Source of the DNA: Verrucomicrobiota bacterium
GTDB lineage: Bacteria > Verrucomicrobiota > Verrucomicrobiia > Chthoniobacterales > UBA10450
NCBI GenBank assembly: GCA_046732875.1
Contig: JBKPOB010000038.1
Coordinates: 41,031 to 105,030, forward strand
Reading direction: 5' to 3'
Length of the DNA: 64,000 nt
Below the pieces are notes generated by a model that saw nothing but the letters and a program-made list of their open reading frames with translations, was not told the origin of the DNA and ran no database searches. The translations under genes were made by a program, and so were the position numbers. Every line of letters starts with the position of its first letter. Position 1 is the first letter of the stretch. This document shows positions 34,356 through 44,583 of this stretch, piece by piece.

Positions 34356-35048
34356 ATGGCAAAATACAGTACCGCAGTAGAGCCCGCACGAGTTCGGCAA
34401 ATGTTTGGTGCCATTGCCAGACGGTATGATCTGGCCAATCACGCACTTAGCTGCGGAATCGATGTTTATTGGCGAAAGCGTGCTGCCGACATAGTCGTCA
34501 CCTGGCGTCCCGACAAGATTGTCGATCTGGCTACTGGCACAGGAGATTTGGCGCTTGCGTTGCAGAAGAGGCTCCCGGATGCGCAAGTCACAGGCATAGA
34601 TTTCCTGCCTGAAATGCTGGAGCTGGCGCAGAGAAAAGGGGTGCGCAAAACAGTCCTTGCTGATGCCATGAAGCTGCCATTCCCTGATGCGTCATTTGAT
34701 TGCGTTACCATCGCGTTCGGCTTGCGTAACATGGAGCATTGGGGAAGGGCGCTAACTGAGATGTCGCGGGTGCTTCGGCGAGACGGCCATTTGTTAGTGC
34801 TTGAGTTCTCACTGCCAACAAGATCGATTGTACGTATCATCTATCGTTTCTATTTGCATCGCTGCCTGCCATTGCTGGGCTCTCTTTTGACTAGAAAAAA
34901 AAGCGCCTACGACTATCTCGGAAATTCGATCGAAGAATTTCCCAGTGGCCGTGGAATGATCAATTTAATCGAAGCGAGCGGCTTTCGGCACGCGACTCTT
35001 CAGCCATTGAGCTACGGCATCGCGACGATTTACACCGCACAGAAATGA
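34356..35048 (+). CDS. ubiE: Demethylmenaquinone/ubiquinone C-methyltransferase UbiE/MenG
   Basis: V...F..IA..YD..N...S.G....WR, SAM motif VDLATGTGDLA, and LRNM......L.EM.RVL...G.L..LEFS. The ATG at 34356 is preferred over the TTG at 34329. Confidence 0.85.
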   Translation: MAKYSTAVEPARVRQMFGAIARRYDLANHALSCGIDVYWRKRAADIVVTWRPDKIVDLATGTGDLALALQKRLPDAQVTGIDFLPEMLELAQRKGVRKTVLADAMKLPFPDASFDCVTIAFGLRNMEHWGRALTEMSRVLRRDGHLLVLEFSLPTRSIVRIIYRFYLHRCLPLLGSLLTRKKSAYDYLGNSIEEFPSGRGMINLIEASGFRHATLQPLSYGIATIYTAQK

Positions 35049-35056
35049 CCATCCGT

Positions 35057-35150
35057 GTCATCCTGAGCGGACTGAATCGAAGGCGAAGGATCTCGGGTTG
35101 GACCCTTAAAGGTCACGCTACCCGGGATTTTCGACTTCGCTCGAAATGAC
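35057..35150. repeat. REP-A element copy
   Basis: gtcatcctgagcggactgaatcgaaggcgaaggatctcgg ... cccgggattttcgacttcgctcgaaatgac. Between convergent ubiE and the DUF4340 gene. Confidence 0.65.
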
Positions 35151-35159
35151 CAGAGTGGA

Positions 35160-37031
35160 TCAAGGCGTAACGCTGGGCGTCAGACTTGGCGCTGGCGATG
35201 GTTGAGCCACAAGCGGCAACCTCAAGTTATTCAAATCCGAATTGCTAATCACAAACGTGCCTTCGCGTCCGTCTACATGCGCGCACCATGTTCCGTTACT
35301 GGCCGGAGCGCCAATGATCAGCTTATGTGATGCCTTATTGTCAGGCGAAGTTGTGAATGCAAGAGTGAGCTGCGGCTTTTCGAAGCCATCTTGAGGCTTC
35401 GTTGGTCCGAGCCAACGCAGTGCATGCAAGCTCGACAACGTGTTAAGTAGCGACTGCACATTTGTTTTATCGATCTCACCATTCCCTTTCAGCCAATGCC
35501 ACTGGTTATTGTCGCCGCGTTCCAGCGACAGCTCTTTGTCTGTCGTTATGCCCAGATGATGAATTTCGTCAGGTTTAAACTTAAAGATCGATAACTCCTG
35601 CCATTGCAAAGGATCGGTTGAGATCTGGTCGAGCAAACTACGACGGACTGCGACGACAAACGGTTCATCTGTGAGTCGCGCATAAATATTCTCTCCGTCT
35701 TCTTTTCCAAAGGCGAGTGTAGCAAACGGCTGCTCACCCGCCTTGGTCTCGGCGGTGTTCTCCGATGCGAACGAGCTGAACGTCAATTGCAGATGCGGCT
35801 TGTCCAAGCCGTATTTTGGCAGATTCGAAGCGACGTCTTCCACGAACTTTGTCACCCGCTGATTTTGCAAGGTGTCAATTAACCGGCGCACAGCGCCCGA
35901 ATCTGCGGACGCATTATTTCGGCTCGCGATGATCCAATTTCCATCCTTGCGCACAAGAACAGTCTTACCTTTACCTGGAACATCGATTGTGATCCGATCG
36001 AGAACATTTGTGTCGATTCGCACCAAATGATAGTCGCGTAACTCGGCTGGCTTGGTGTTCAGGACCTCTTCAATCTTTTTGGGCAATGTATAAACAGCCC
36101 CACGAGGAGCAAACCGGACATATACCTGGTCCTTTTCCTTCTCAGGCCCGCCGCCGATTTGTAACATTTGCCCTTTGTCTTCCTGACCAAAGACTTTGAT
36201 CGAGTCAGCGATCTCAACCTTTTGGTCTTTTTTTCCTCCCTGGCTAAATAACGTGATCGACCCGCGTGGCTCTGCCAGCCCATAAGGGCGCAGGTCGCCG
36301 TGATCGTCAGCCACGAATTGTTGAATGCGCGCTGTTGTGACTTGCGCAATCAGATCGCCGACCTTCTCGTCGTCTGCCCGCGCACGCAGTGGTTTCACGA
36401 TGTCCCAATGATCGCCCTTCTTCTCCAACTCCATCTCACCGGCAGGCGTCTTTAACGCGATGCGGCGCACCTGCGCAGTGGTTAGATCAGTTAATTTCTT
36501 GTCGCGGAACTCCTCCGCTTTCTTGTCGATGTCCTTCTTGACCGATTGCTTGGCGAGAAAAGTGTCCTTGGAATTTTCAAAGCGGACATACATCCTGCCT
36601 TCCAACGCAGCGTCTTTTCCGAATAGGATTTCAGGTGGTCTGTCGGAGCCGATCAATTTTAGCTTAAGCTTTGGCCGGTTCAGGCCGTATTCATTCAGCT
36701 TGGTCTTATCGGCGTCGATATCTTTCGCCGGAATGGTTCCCTCTTTCTGCCAGGTCTCCAAATCCGACAACAAGTTCTCGACCAAGGCACCATCTGCTTG
36801 GTCTTTGAATGGCGTTTCGAGCCGCCATTTGTTGTCGCGGCGCCGTATTTCTATTTTTTCATCGCCATTTTGAATGATCAGCCCGTCAATCTTGTTGCGA
36901 TCGAAATTCACCACTTTTTGCGCCTGCCTTTTCGCTTCCTCCGTGCTCGGCTGTTTCATCTCAAAGAATCTGAGGTAGGCGAAAACGCCGAGCACAACGA
37001 CAGCGAGGATAAGAGTCGTTCTCCAATTCAT
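35160..37031 (-). CDS. DUF4340-domain protein (accessory component of GldG-type ABC systems)
   Basis: 623 aa with an N-terminal TM anchor (TLILAVVVLGVFAYLRF). Repeated beta-rich modules. Last gene after the GldG-like gene, which is the arrangement in which DUF4340 proteins are normally found. Confidence 0.6.
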   Translation of the reverse strand: MNWRTTLILAVVVLGVFAYLRFFEMKQPSTEEAKRQAQKVVNFDRNKIDGLIIQNGDEKIEIRRRDNKWRLETPFKDQADGALVENLLSDLETWQKEGTIPAKDIDADKTKLNEYGLNRPKLKLKLIGSDRPPEILFGKDAALEGRMYVRFENSKDTFLAKQSVKKDIDKKAEEFRDKKLTDLTTAQVRRIALKTPAGEMELEKKGDHWDIVKPLRARADDEKVGDLIAQVTTARIQQFVADDHGDLRPYGLAEPRGSITLFSQGGKKDQKVEIADSIKVFGQEDKGQMLQIGGGPEKEKDQVYVRFAPRGAVYTLPKKIEEVLNTKPAELRDYHLVRIDTNVLDRITIDVPGKGKTVLVRKDGNWIIASRNNASADSGAVRRLIDTLQNQRVTKFVEDVASNLPKYGLDKPHLQLTFSSFASENTAETKAGEQPFATLAFGKEDGENIYARLTDEPFVVAVRRSLLDQISTDPLQWQELSIFKFKPDEIHHLGITTDKELSLERGDNNQWHWLKGNGEIDKTNVQSLLNTLSSLHALRWLGPTKPQDGFEKPQLTLAFTTSPDNKASHKLIIGAPASNGTWCAHVDGREGTFVISNSDLNNLRLPLVAQPSPAPSLTPSVTP

Positions 37032-37043
37032 GATTCGATTCTT

Positions 37044-37165
37044 GTCATTCTGATCCCGCAGTCGCAGGAGAAGAATCTCGGATCATTCTTTGCGGCGCAG
37101 CCGAACAATAACCAGAGATGTTGCGCGAAGCTTGTCCTGAGTGAAATCGAAGGGCTCAACATGAC
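37044..37165. repeat. REP-A element copy with a nested partial copy
   Basis: gtcattctgatcccgcagtcgcaggagaagaatctcggatcattctttgcggcgcagccgaacaataaccagagatgtt...gtcctgagtgaaatcgaagggctcaacatgac. Lies inside the operon, between the GldG-like and DUF4340 genes. Confidence 0.65.
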
Positions 37166-37174
37166 AGCAAAGGC

Positions 37175-38677
37175 TTACACGCGCCGTTGCCACCAAACCA
37201 CCGTTCCGATCACTGCCGGGATCAACGGCATGAAAACGAGAACGATCCAGCGCAGATGAGCCAACGCGTCTCCATTCAGACTGAAGGTCAGAGGCTTTGA
37301 AACTTTTGGTGCGATACCGATCAGCTGTTCGCGGCTCAGTAACCAGTTCACACTGCCAGAAATGAAATCGAGTCCCTGCTGATCCTGTGTAATTGCATTG
37401 TCTTGAACAAACGTCGCATTGCCAACGATTACCAGGCGCGATGAGTTCACCTGCACCCGCTCATCTGCGCTGCCACCTTTTTCAATGGCTGCGCCTATTG
37501 TTAGTGGCGTATTATTGTCCCGTTTGGCATCGGCTTGCAATTTTGCTTGATCGTCCGTGTTATAATCGGTTTCGGCAAAATAACCTTTTTCCGCTTGGAT
37601 CAACGGCTCGAGCCGGATGTTGGCAGCACGGACGCGGTCAGGCTCAAGCGTGAGCGAAGAAGTGCCGCCCAAAAAGAGCGCCCGCACATCAGCTAGTCGT
37701 TTTGTGATCGGGCTGCCACCGAGGAAGCGCGCTTGCACATCTCTTGTGAGTGCGAGCTCCTGGATCCCAGTCCGCAAAAAGACCATGAGTCTGTCGTCAT
37801 TCGCCTTGACGCCCAGTTCGTTGACAAACGCATCTAACTTCGGCGTCTTCGCCGCTGGATCGAGAAGAAGCAAAATCCGTCCTTGTTTATCCCAGAAGTT
37901 TCGCAGCACTTTCATTTCGCGGTCTGAAAAATCGTATTGCGGCCCTATGATCATGACGGTTTTTACGTCCTCGGGAATCGCATCCAGATCGAGAAGGTTT
38001 AGCTCTTTGAACTGAATATTTTCGTTTTCGATGAAGGTCTTCAGGACGGAGATGGCACTACCTTCTGTGAGTGATGGTTCCTTGTGGCCGAGGACGTAGC
38101 CAAGAGTCTTCTTTTTTCCCTCAACAAGATCAATCATAGCGCTGGTAATGGCTTGTTCGCCTTTGAATGCGGCTACGCGAGGGCCTTCACCGAATGCCAT
38201 TCCGCTCTGGTCGATGTCAGCCATCTCCGACGCCTTGACCGTCTTGTTGCGGCCTTCGTAATCGACTATTAAAAGAGGCTCGTCGGTAACAACTTTGTAC
38301 TTATCGAACAACTCCTTTGCCCGGGAAAGATTACGCTCGGGATCAATGTGCTCGATATCGACCTTTCCTTTACCGGCATACTGGTATTCCGTCAGCAAAT
38401 TCTGAACATCCGTAGTAATTGGCGTGCTAGGTGGAAAGAAAATCGTGATGCGCATCTTGCCCTTGAGTGTGTCCAGGAAGCGCTTCGTCTTGTCTGAGAG
38501 CGCATATTTTTGGTCGCGGGAAAAATCCCAACGCGCGTAGTGTTTGAAGGCGATCGAGTTCACCATCGCAACCAGAAACAAAACGAGCACGATTTGCGCT
38601 AAAACGTTGAAACCGATTCGAACCCGGCGAATTTTTTTTCCAGAACGTTTTGGGCGTTGGTTTGTTTCGTTAGGCAT
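37175..38677 (-). CDS. GldG-like ABC-transport auxiliary protein ('ABC-type uncharacterized transport system')
   Basis: 500 aa. N- and C-terminal TM anchors with a large extracytoplasmic domain. Directly follows ABC-2 permease and ATPase genes. Confidence 0.65.
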   Translation of the reverse strand: MPNETNQRPKRSGKKIRRVRIGFNVLAQIVLVLFLVAMVNSIAFKHYARWDFSRDQKYALSDKTKRFLDTLKGKMRITIFFPPSTPITTDVQNLLTEYQYAGKGKVDIEHIDPERNLSRAKELFDKYKVVTDEPLLIVDYEGRNKTVKASEMADIDQSGMAFGEGPRVAAFKGEQAITSAMIDLVEGKKKTLGYVLGHKEPSLTEGSAISVLKTFIENENIQFKELNLLDLDAIPEDVKTVMIIGPQYDFSDREMKVLRNFWDKQGRILLLLDPAAKTPKLDAFVNELGVKANDDRLMVFLRTGIQELALTRDVQARFLGGSPITKRLADVRALFLGGTSSLTLEPDRVRAANIRLEPLIQAEKGYFAETDYNTDDQAKLQADAKRDNNTPLTIGAAIEKGGSADERVQVNSSRLVIVGNATFVQDNAITQDQQGLDFISGSVNWLLSREQLIGIAPKVSKPLTFSLNGDALAHLRWIVLVFMPLIPAVIGTVVWWQRRV

Positions 38678-38680
38678 CGC

Positions 38681-39436
38681 TCAAAGCCTCCACTTGCGGG
38701 ATTGGAATGCCTGATGTGTGAGTGTCAGCATCACGATAGTCATGCTCACGTAAAGAACGATTGGCCGCGTATCGATTACGCCACGCGAAAATGTTCCCAT
38801 GTGTTCGATTGCAGAGAAATAGCCCAGCAAATCACGCGTCGCAGAGCTTACATCGAGCAGAATGAATTGAACCAGACCTAGGAAAAATAGCAGCGTAATT
38901 GCGCAGAAGGAAATGATCGCCGCGATGATCTGGTTCTTGGTCAGAACGGATGTTAGACAACCAATTGAGAGATAAAACATTCCGAGTAAAAAGAGCATCA
39001 GATAAGAGCCGGCATATGCTCCGGCAGAATGCGCAGCAGGCTCATTCGTGACCTTGAGAAAGATGACAAAGTAAAGCAGGGTCGGGATCCAGAGGATTAC
39101 ATAGAAGACCAGCGCGCCGAAAAATTTCGCGAGTACTACTTGCCAGTCGCGCACTGGAACAGTCGTCAGTGGCTCAATGGTGCCGACCTTAAATTCTTCC
39201 GCAAACAGTCGCATCGTGATGAGTGGAAAAATCAGAACAAAAGCAAACCAGAAGAAGATTGAGTTAAAAAATGCCTCCTGCACGGTGTATTGCACCTGGC
39301 GCTGGTTCATGAAGGAGACTTGGAAATAGAAGTCAATCCCGCTGACAATCAGAAAAAAGATGAGCACGATGTAGGCGATCGGAGAGTGGAAGTAACTGCG
39401 TACTTCGCGCGAAAGGAGAGCGTAGAATTTCCTCAT
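38681..39436 (-). CDS. ABC-2 type transporter permease (GldF-like)
   Basis: 251 aa, 6 predicted TM segments, 4-nt spacing to the GldG-like gene. Confidence 0.7.
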   Translation of the reverse strand: MRKFYALLSREVRSYFHSPIAYIVLIFFLIVSGIDFYFQVSFMNQRQVQYTVQEAFFNSIFFWFAFVLIFPLITMRLFAEEFKVGTIEPLTTVPVRDWQVVLAKFFGALVFYVILWIPTLLYFVIFLKVTNEPAAHSAGAYAGSYLMLFLLGMFYLSIGCLTSVLTKNQIIAAIISFCAITLLFFLGLVQFILLDVSSATRDLLGYFSAIEHMGTFSRGVIDTRPIVLYVSMTIVMLTLTHQAFQSRKWRL

Positions 39437-39479
39437 GAATCAAATGAGCGTTGAGCCCGAGCTATTTCATCAGACATAG

Positions 39480-40415
39480 TTACACTGCATCTGAGTGCGT
39501 GATTTCCACGAACACATCCTCGAGCGTCGCTCGACGCTGAGTCAGCTCGCGTACTGCCCAGTGGCGCTCGGTGGCGAGGCGGAAAACTTCTTCGCGCACA
39601 TCAACCCCTGATTCCACCCGCAGGGAAAATCTCTTCCAATCATCCTCGCCGTCGGTGATGACTTCCCGCACACCTGAAATTTTCTTTAGCTCGTCCGCGC
39701 CGTTGTCCTTTCCCACCTTTGCTTCAAGAACAACGCCGCCGGCCTGCCTGATTTTTCCGAGCAAATTCTCAGGAGTGTCGCATGCCTCGATTCGTCCTTT
39801 GTGAATGATAATCACACGGCTGCAGGTCATCTCCACCTCGGGCAGAATGTGCGTCGAAAGCAAAATGGTATGTTGCTCCCCTAGGTTCTTGATCAGCTCG
39901 CGCACCTGCCGGATTTGGTTTGGATCGAGCCCGATCGTCGGCTCATCCAGAATTAGCAGGTCCGGTTCAGCGAGCAGCGCGTCCGCCAGTCCCACCCTCT
40001 GTCGATATCCCTTGGAGAGCGCTCCAATCAGCTTGTTATCAACACTTTTGAGACCACAAAGTTCTTTTACGTCGCCAACACGCTCGGTCACGCGACGATG
40101 CTGGACTCCCTTAAGTGCTGCGCGATAACGGAGATACTCTGTTACGCGCATGTCGCTGTAGAGTGGCACGTTTTCCGGCATGTAGCCGAGATGGGCCCGT
40201 GCCTGGAGCGATTGTTCAAAAACATCGAATCCCGCGATCGTCGCGCGGCCGGAAGTAGGCGGCATGAAGCTCGCCAAAATGCGCATCGTGGTGGTTTTGC
40301 CTGCACCGTTGGGTCCGAGAAACCCCATGATTTCGCCCCGATTGACCTCGAAATTCAAATCTCGGATGGCAGGCTGGCCAGCGTAACGCTTTGTTAGATT
40401 CTCGACTTTAATCAT
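39480..40415 (-). CDS. ABC transporter ATP-binding protein (GldA/CcmA-like)
   Basis: Walker A GPNGAGKTT, signature LSKGYRQR, Walker B LLILDEPT.GLD, H-loop. Confidence 0.9.
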   Translation of the reverse strand: MIKVENLTKRYAGQPAIRDLNFEVNRGEIMGFLGPNGAGKTTTMRILASFMPPTSGRATIAGFDVFEQSLQARAHLGYMPENVPLYSDMRVTEYLRYRAALKGVQHRRVTERVGDVKELCGLKSVDNKLIGALSKGYRQRVGLADALLAEPDLLILDEPTIGLDPNQIRQVRELIKNLGEQHTILLSTHILPEVEMTCSRVIIIHKGRIEACDTPENLLGKIRQAGGVVLEAKVGKDNGADELKKISGVREVITDGEDDWKRFSLRVESGVDVREEVFRLATERHWAVRELTQRRATLEDVFVEITHSDAV

Positions 40416-40466
40416 TGAGCAACATTTCCATGAGACAACGGAACCTTGATTGCGTTGCCGATTTTT

Positions 40467-41633
40467 TTAGCGGGCCGTCATGCTCAAACTGGCGAGTTGC
40501 CGGTTTTGTCCTCGGGGACGGATTACACCAACCGTGAATTCGAGTTTTGTGCCACTTTGCACACCGCGAAGCAATTCCTCGACTTGTTTGACGGAGTTCG
40601 TTTCGGACCTGCCCACTCGATATATTACCAGTCCGCGCTCAAGACCGGCTTCATCCGCCGGACTATCGGGTTCGACTGCGGTAATCAAAACGCCGCGGCC
40701 ACGAAGGTAACCGAGCGCTTCGCTTAGTTCCTGATTCAAATCCTGTAGCTGCAGTCCAAACAACTTTTCCGCATTCGACACCAACGTATCGGGCTCGGAC
40801 GCAGGCTGGTTCTTCGGTTTGGCTTGTTTCTGCGCGACTTTCTTGAATTGGTTCACGCTATCGCGCACTACTTCGGCTGGAATTGCGAACCCCATTCCCT
40901 GAGTGGGGACGCCTTGCGGCGTGAATGCCATTTTTGCAGAGCTGATGCCCACCAAACGTCCCGACAGATCGATCACAGGTCCGCCGCTATTACCCGGATT
41001 AATCGCCGCGTCTGTCTGTACTAGTCCCTTATACTCGGTCTCGTCCACAGTAATATCGCGTTTGACCGCGCTAAGAACTCCGCGGCTGATCGAACTACCA
41101 TAGCCAACCGCATTGCCTACCACGATTACCGTCTGTCCCAGTAAGTTCGGCGAAATATTATCAAGACTGATGAAAGGGAATGCGGTCTCGGCGTCGATCT
41201 TGATGAATGCCAGATCGGTCTTGTCATCGCCGGCAATGTAGTGCGCATTGTAGGTTTTGCCGTCGTTTGTCGTGACATGAATCTTCAAGTCAGCGGCGCG
41301 CTCAACCACGTGCTGGTTGGTAACGATGTGGCCCTCCGGGTCAATAATGAACCCGGACCCGAGGCTTTGCAGAGTTTGGCGAATTTCGCGCGGTCGAACG
41401 CGATTATAGCCGAAGAATTGCGCGTAAAAATCCTCAAACGGATCGCGCACCGTTCGCCTTACGACGCGCTCGGTATTAATGTTCACCACTGCCGGCAACA
41501 CCTTCGCCACAGCCAGAACGGCCGGCTCCGAAGCCGGATCGGCCTGGCCAGGATCGGCTTGGGCAAAACAAACTTCCGCTTGCGCCAGAATCAGTAGCCC
41601 AACAAGCAGCTTTCGAAATGGGTTCGTCTTCAT
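40467..41633 (-). CDS. htrA: HtrA/DegP-family periplasmic serine protease with one PDZ domain
   Basis: Catalytic triad contexts TNQHVV, D.A..KI and NPGNSGGP. C-terminal PDZ (GVLITAVEPDSPADEAGL..G.VI..V). Signal peptide from the ATG at 41633 (MKTNPFRKLLVGLLILAQAEVCFAQ). Confidence 0.9.
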   Translation of the reverse strand: MKTNPFRKLLVGLLILAQAEVCFAQADPGQADPASEPAVLAVAKVLPAVVNINTERVVRRTVRDPFEDFYAQFFGYNRVRPREIRQTLQSLGSGFIIDPEGHIVTNQHVVERAADLKIHVTTNDGKTYNAHYIAGDDKTDLAFIKIDAETAFPFISLDNISPNLLGQTVIVVGNAVGYGSSISRGVLSAVKRDITVDETEYKGLVQTDAAINPGNSGGPVIDLSGRLVGISSAKMAFTPQGVPTQGMGFAIPAEVVRDSVNQFKKVAQKQAKPKNQPASEPDTLVSNAEKLFGLQLQDLNQELSEALGYLRGRGVLITAVEPDSPADEAGLERGLVIYRVGRSETNSVKQVEELLRGVQSGTKLEFTVGVIRPRGQNRQLASLSMTAR

Positions 41634-41751
41634 CCTTGGATCGCTCCCATCTGTTTCACGATCTCTATTGGAACCATGCGGAGCAAGTAACGAAGCCCTT
41701 TCCGCACTGTCAACTTGCCGCACCGCGCAATCGTCGGAGATTAGATTTGCT

Positions 41752-44487
41752 ATGCGCACTTCAATTGGTGCTCGCGCAAATCTGGAGCTAATCGAAGAAA
41801 ATTATCGCCGTTGGCAGCGAAACCCTGAGTCGGTGGATTCGGGATGGTCGGCCTTCTTTGAAGGGTTCGAGCTTGGAAATTTACCACAGCGCGACGGCGC
41901 GGCGGCTGCCGAGGCCCGCGAAGCAGCGTTACAGACGCGCGTCGACGGTCTCGTTTACGCGTATTGCTCGCTTGGTCATACCATTGCGCGGGTCGATCCC
42001 CTGGCAGAGACGCGCCCGCAAAATCCGTTGCTGAGTCTACGTGAGTTTGGATTCAGCGATGCAGATCTCGATCTGCGCGTTTCATCAAAGTTCTTCCTCG
42101 ATAATCGGCCCATGTCGTTACGTGAGATGGTTTCGGGGCTGGAGAGAATTTATGCCGACTCGATCGGTTCGGAGTTCATGCACATCCAGGATCCGCGAGT
42201 GCGCGAATGGATTCGGAAGCGATTGGAGACGCGACCCCATAAGCATTCGACTGCAGCGGCTGTGCAAGTGGCCTTGTTGCGGGCGCTGCTTGAAGCAGAA
42301 TCCTTCGAAATTTTCCTGCATACGCGCTACGTGGGCCAAAAGCGGTTTTCACTTCAAGGCTCGGAATCACTCATGGTGATTCTCGATACCATTCTGCATA
42401 AATGTCCGGACGAAGGCGTCGACGAAATTTGCATGGGCATGGCTCACCGGGGCCGGCTCAATGTGCTTGCAAATTTTCTGCGCAAATCGCTCAAGGTCAT
42501 CTTTACTGAATTTAGCGAAAATTATGTTCCAGAGCTGGTCGCTGGCGATGGCGACGTGAAATATCATCTCGGTTATCACTCGGTACGGAGACTTGCTTCC
42601 GGCGGAGAGGTCGAGATCAGACTCTCGTCAAACCCCAGCCACTTGGAAGCTGTCGATCCTGTAGTGGAAGGACAAGCGCGCGCCAGACAACGAATTCGCG
42701 GAGACACCGAGCATCGCCGCAAGGTCCTACCGCTATTAGTGCACGGCGACGCGGCCTTCATTGCACAGGGAATCGTCGCCGAGACGCTGAATCTGTCGCA
42801 ATTACCCGGCTACAGCACCGGAGGGACCATCCACGTCGTCGTGAATAACCAGATCGGTTTTACGACACTTCCCAAAGATGCGCGTTCATCAACGTACTCC
42901 ACTGATATTGCCAAGATGATCGAGGCGCCGATTTTTCATGTGAGTGGCGATGATCCGCTGGCGGTTAAATTTGTTAGCGACATGGCGTTCGATTTTCGCC
43001 AGCGATTCGGGCGCGACGTGGTGATCGACATGTATTGCTATCGTCGGTATGGCCACAACGAAGGGGACGAGCCTTCGTTTACGCAGCCCGATCTCTACGC
43101 AAAGATCGAGAAGCGCCCATCGGTGACGCAGCTTTACAAGCGCGAATTGCTCGAAGCAGGAACACTGAGCGAAGACGATGCCGCCTCGCTAGAAACAGAG
43201 TTCGGTTTGCGGCTTGAGATGACACGAGATGAAGTCGACGCCATCGAGAAACGAAAGGCCAGCGAGAAAGCAAAATTCAGAGAATCGACAGCGATTTTCC
43301 AGCCTGAATATTCGAGCGAATCCGAGCCGACCGCAATCACCGAGAAAACTCTTAAGACTATTGTCGACGGTCTCACGCGCGTTCCGGAAGGCTTCGAGAT
43401 TCAGCCGAAGATCAAACGCATCGTCCTGGATCATCAGCTCAAGGTCTTTAAGGAGGGCGGCCCTTACGAATGGCATTACGCCGAAGCGCTGGCGTTTGGA
43501 TCGCTGCTTCTGGATGGAATTCCGATTCGATTGTCAGGTCAGGACAGTTCGCGCGGCACGTTTAGCACACGGCACTCGGTCCTTTACGACGCAAAGACGG
43601 GCAAACCTTATGTGCCACTCATGCATCTTGCCGAAAAGCAAGCGCGCATTTGCATTTACAACAGCCCGCTTTCAGAAGCTGCCGTGCTCGGGTTTGATTA
43701 CGGTTACTCGCTCGATTATCCGAAGATGCTTTGTTTGTGGGAAGCGCAGTTCGGTGATTTCTCGAATGGCGCGCAGACAATTATCGATCAATTCATCGTC
43801 TCGGCAGAATCGAAATGGCAGCGGCCTAGTGGGATTGTGTTACTGCTCCCCCACGGCTATGAAGGGCAGGGGCCTGAGCACTCCAGCGCGCGACTGGAAC
43901 GTTTCCTGCAAGCCTGCGCCGAGGATAACATGCAGGTCTGCAACCTAACCACCGCTGCACAGTATTTTCATGTCTTGCGGCGTCAGATGAAGCGCGACTT
44001 CATTAAACCGCTGATCATTATGACGCCTAAGAGTCTATTGCGAGCGAAGTTTGCTTCTTCGCCCGCCAAAGAATTCATCCATGGCCGGTTCGAAGAAGTC
44101 CTCGGCTCGCCCGAAGTCGATTCCACCGACAAAGTGAAGCGGATCATCCTTTGCTCCGGCAAAGTTTACTACGACCTTCTCAATTACCGAACCCAGCGCG
44201 AGATTGAGGATGCGGCGATCGTCCGCATCGAACAGCTTTATCCGCTCGCAGAAAAGAAGCTGCGCGAAATGCTCAAGCCATTTCCGAAGAATGCGAAGTA
44301 CGTCTGGTGCCAGGAAGAACCGGAAAACATGGGCGCGTGGACCTTCATCGAACCTCGGTTGCGCACGATTTTCTGCACAGAAATTGCCTATGCGGGCCGC
44401 GAAGCCAGCGCCAGCCCCGCGGTCGGCGCGTTGGCTCGCCATAAGCGCGAGCAATCGCGCTTGGTGGCTGACGCGTTTGCAGTTTGA
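41752..44487 (+). CDS. sucA: 2-oxoglutarate dehydrogenase E1 component
   Basis: 911 aa from the ATG at 41752. N-terminal NLELIEENYRRWQ..P.SVD..W..FF and collinear OGDH blocks (GMAHRGRLNVL, HGDAAF.GQG, LLPHGYEGQGPEHSSAR.ERFLQ). Confidence 0.95.
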   Translation: MRTSIGARANLELIEENYRRWQRNPESVDSGWSAFFEGFELGNLPQRDGAAAAEAREAALQTRVDGLVYAYCSLGHTIARVDPLAETRPQNPLLSLREFGFSDADLDLRVSSKFFLDNRPMSLREMVSGLERIYADSIGSEFMHIQDPRVREWIRKRLETRPHKHSTAAAVQVALLRALLEAESFEIFLHTRYVGQKRFSLQGSESLMVILDTILHKCPDEGVDEICMGMAHRGRLNVLANFLRKSLKVIFTEFSENYVPELVAGDGDVKYHLGYHSVRRLASGGEVEIRLSSNPSHLEAVDPVVEGQARARQRIRGDTEHRRKVLPLLVHGDAAFIAQGIVAETLNLSQLPGYSTGGTIHVVVNNQIGFTTLPKDARSSTYSTDIAKMIEAPIFHVSGDDPLAVKFVSDMAFDFRQRFGRDVVIDMYCYRRYGHNEGDEPSFTQPDLYAKIEKRPSVTQLYKRELLEAGTLSEDDAASLETEFGLRLEMTRDEVDAIEKRKASEKAKFRESTAIFQPEYSSESEPTAITEKTLKTIVDGLTRVPEGFEIQPKIKRIVLDHQLKVFKEGGPYEWHYAEALAFGSLLLDGIPIRLSGQDSSRGTFSTRHSVLYDAKTGKPYVPLMHLAEKQARICIYNSPLSEAAVLGFDYGYSLDYPKMLCLWEAQFGDFSNGAQTIIDQFIVSAESKWQRPSGIVLLLPHGYEGQGPEHSSARLERFLQACAEDNMQVCNLTTAAQYFHVLRRQMKRDFIKPLIIMTPKSLLRAKFASSPAKEFIHGRFEEVLGSPEVDSTDKVKRIILCSGKVYYDLLNYRTQREIEDAAIVRIEQLYPLAEKKLREMLKPFPKNAKYVWCQEEPENMGAWTFIEPRLRTIFCTEIAYAGREASASPAVGALARHKREQSRLVADAFAV

Positions 44488-44583
44488 GTCGGCGTATTCG
44501 GCTTATCTGTCGCATTCGTCTAAGGGCACATATGCGCCATAGCTATTGACGAAACGCATCTCGACCGCGACGCTCATTTACGC

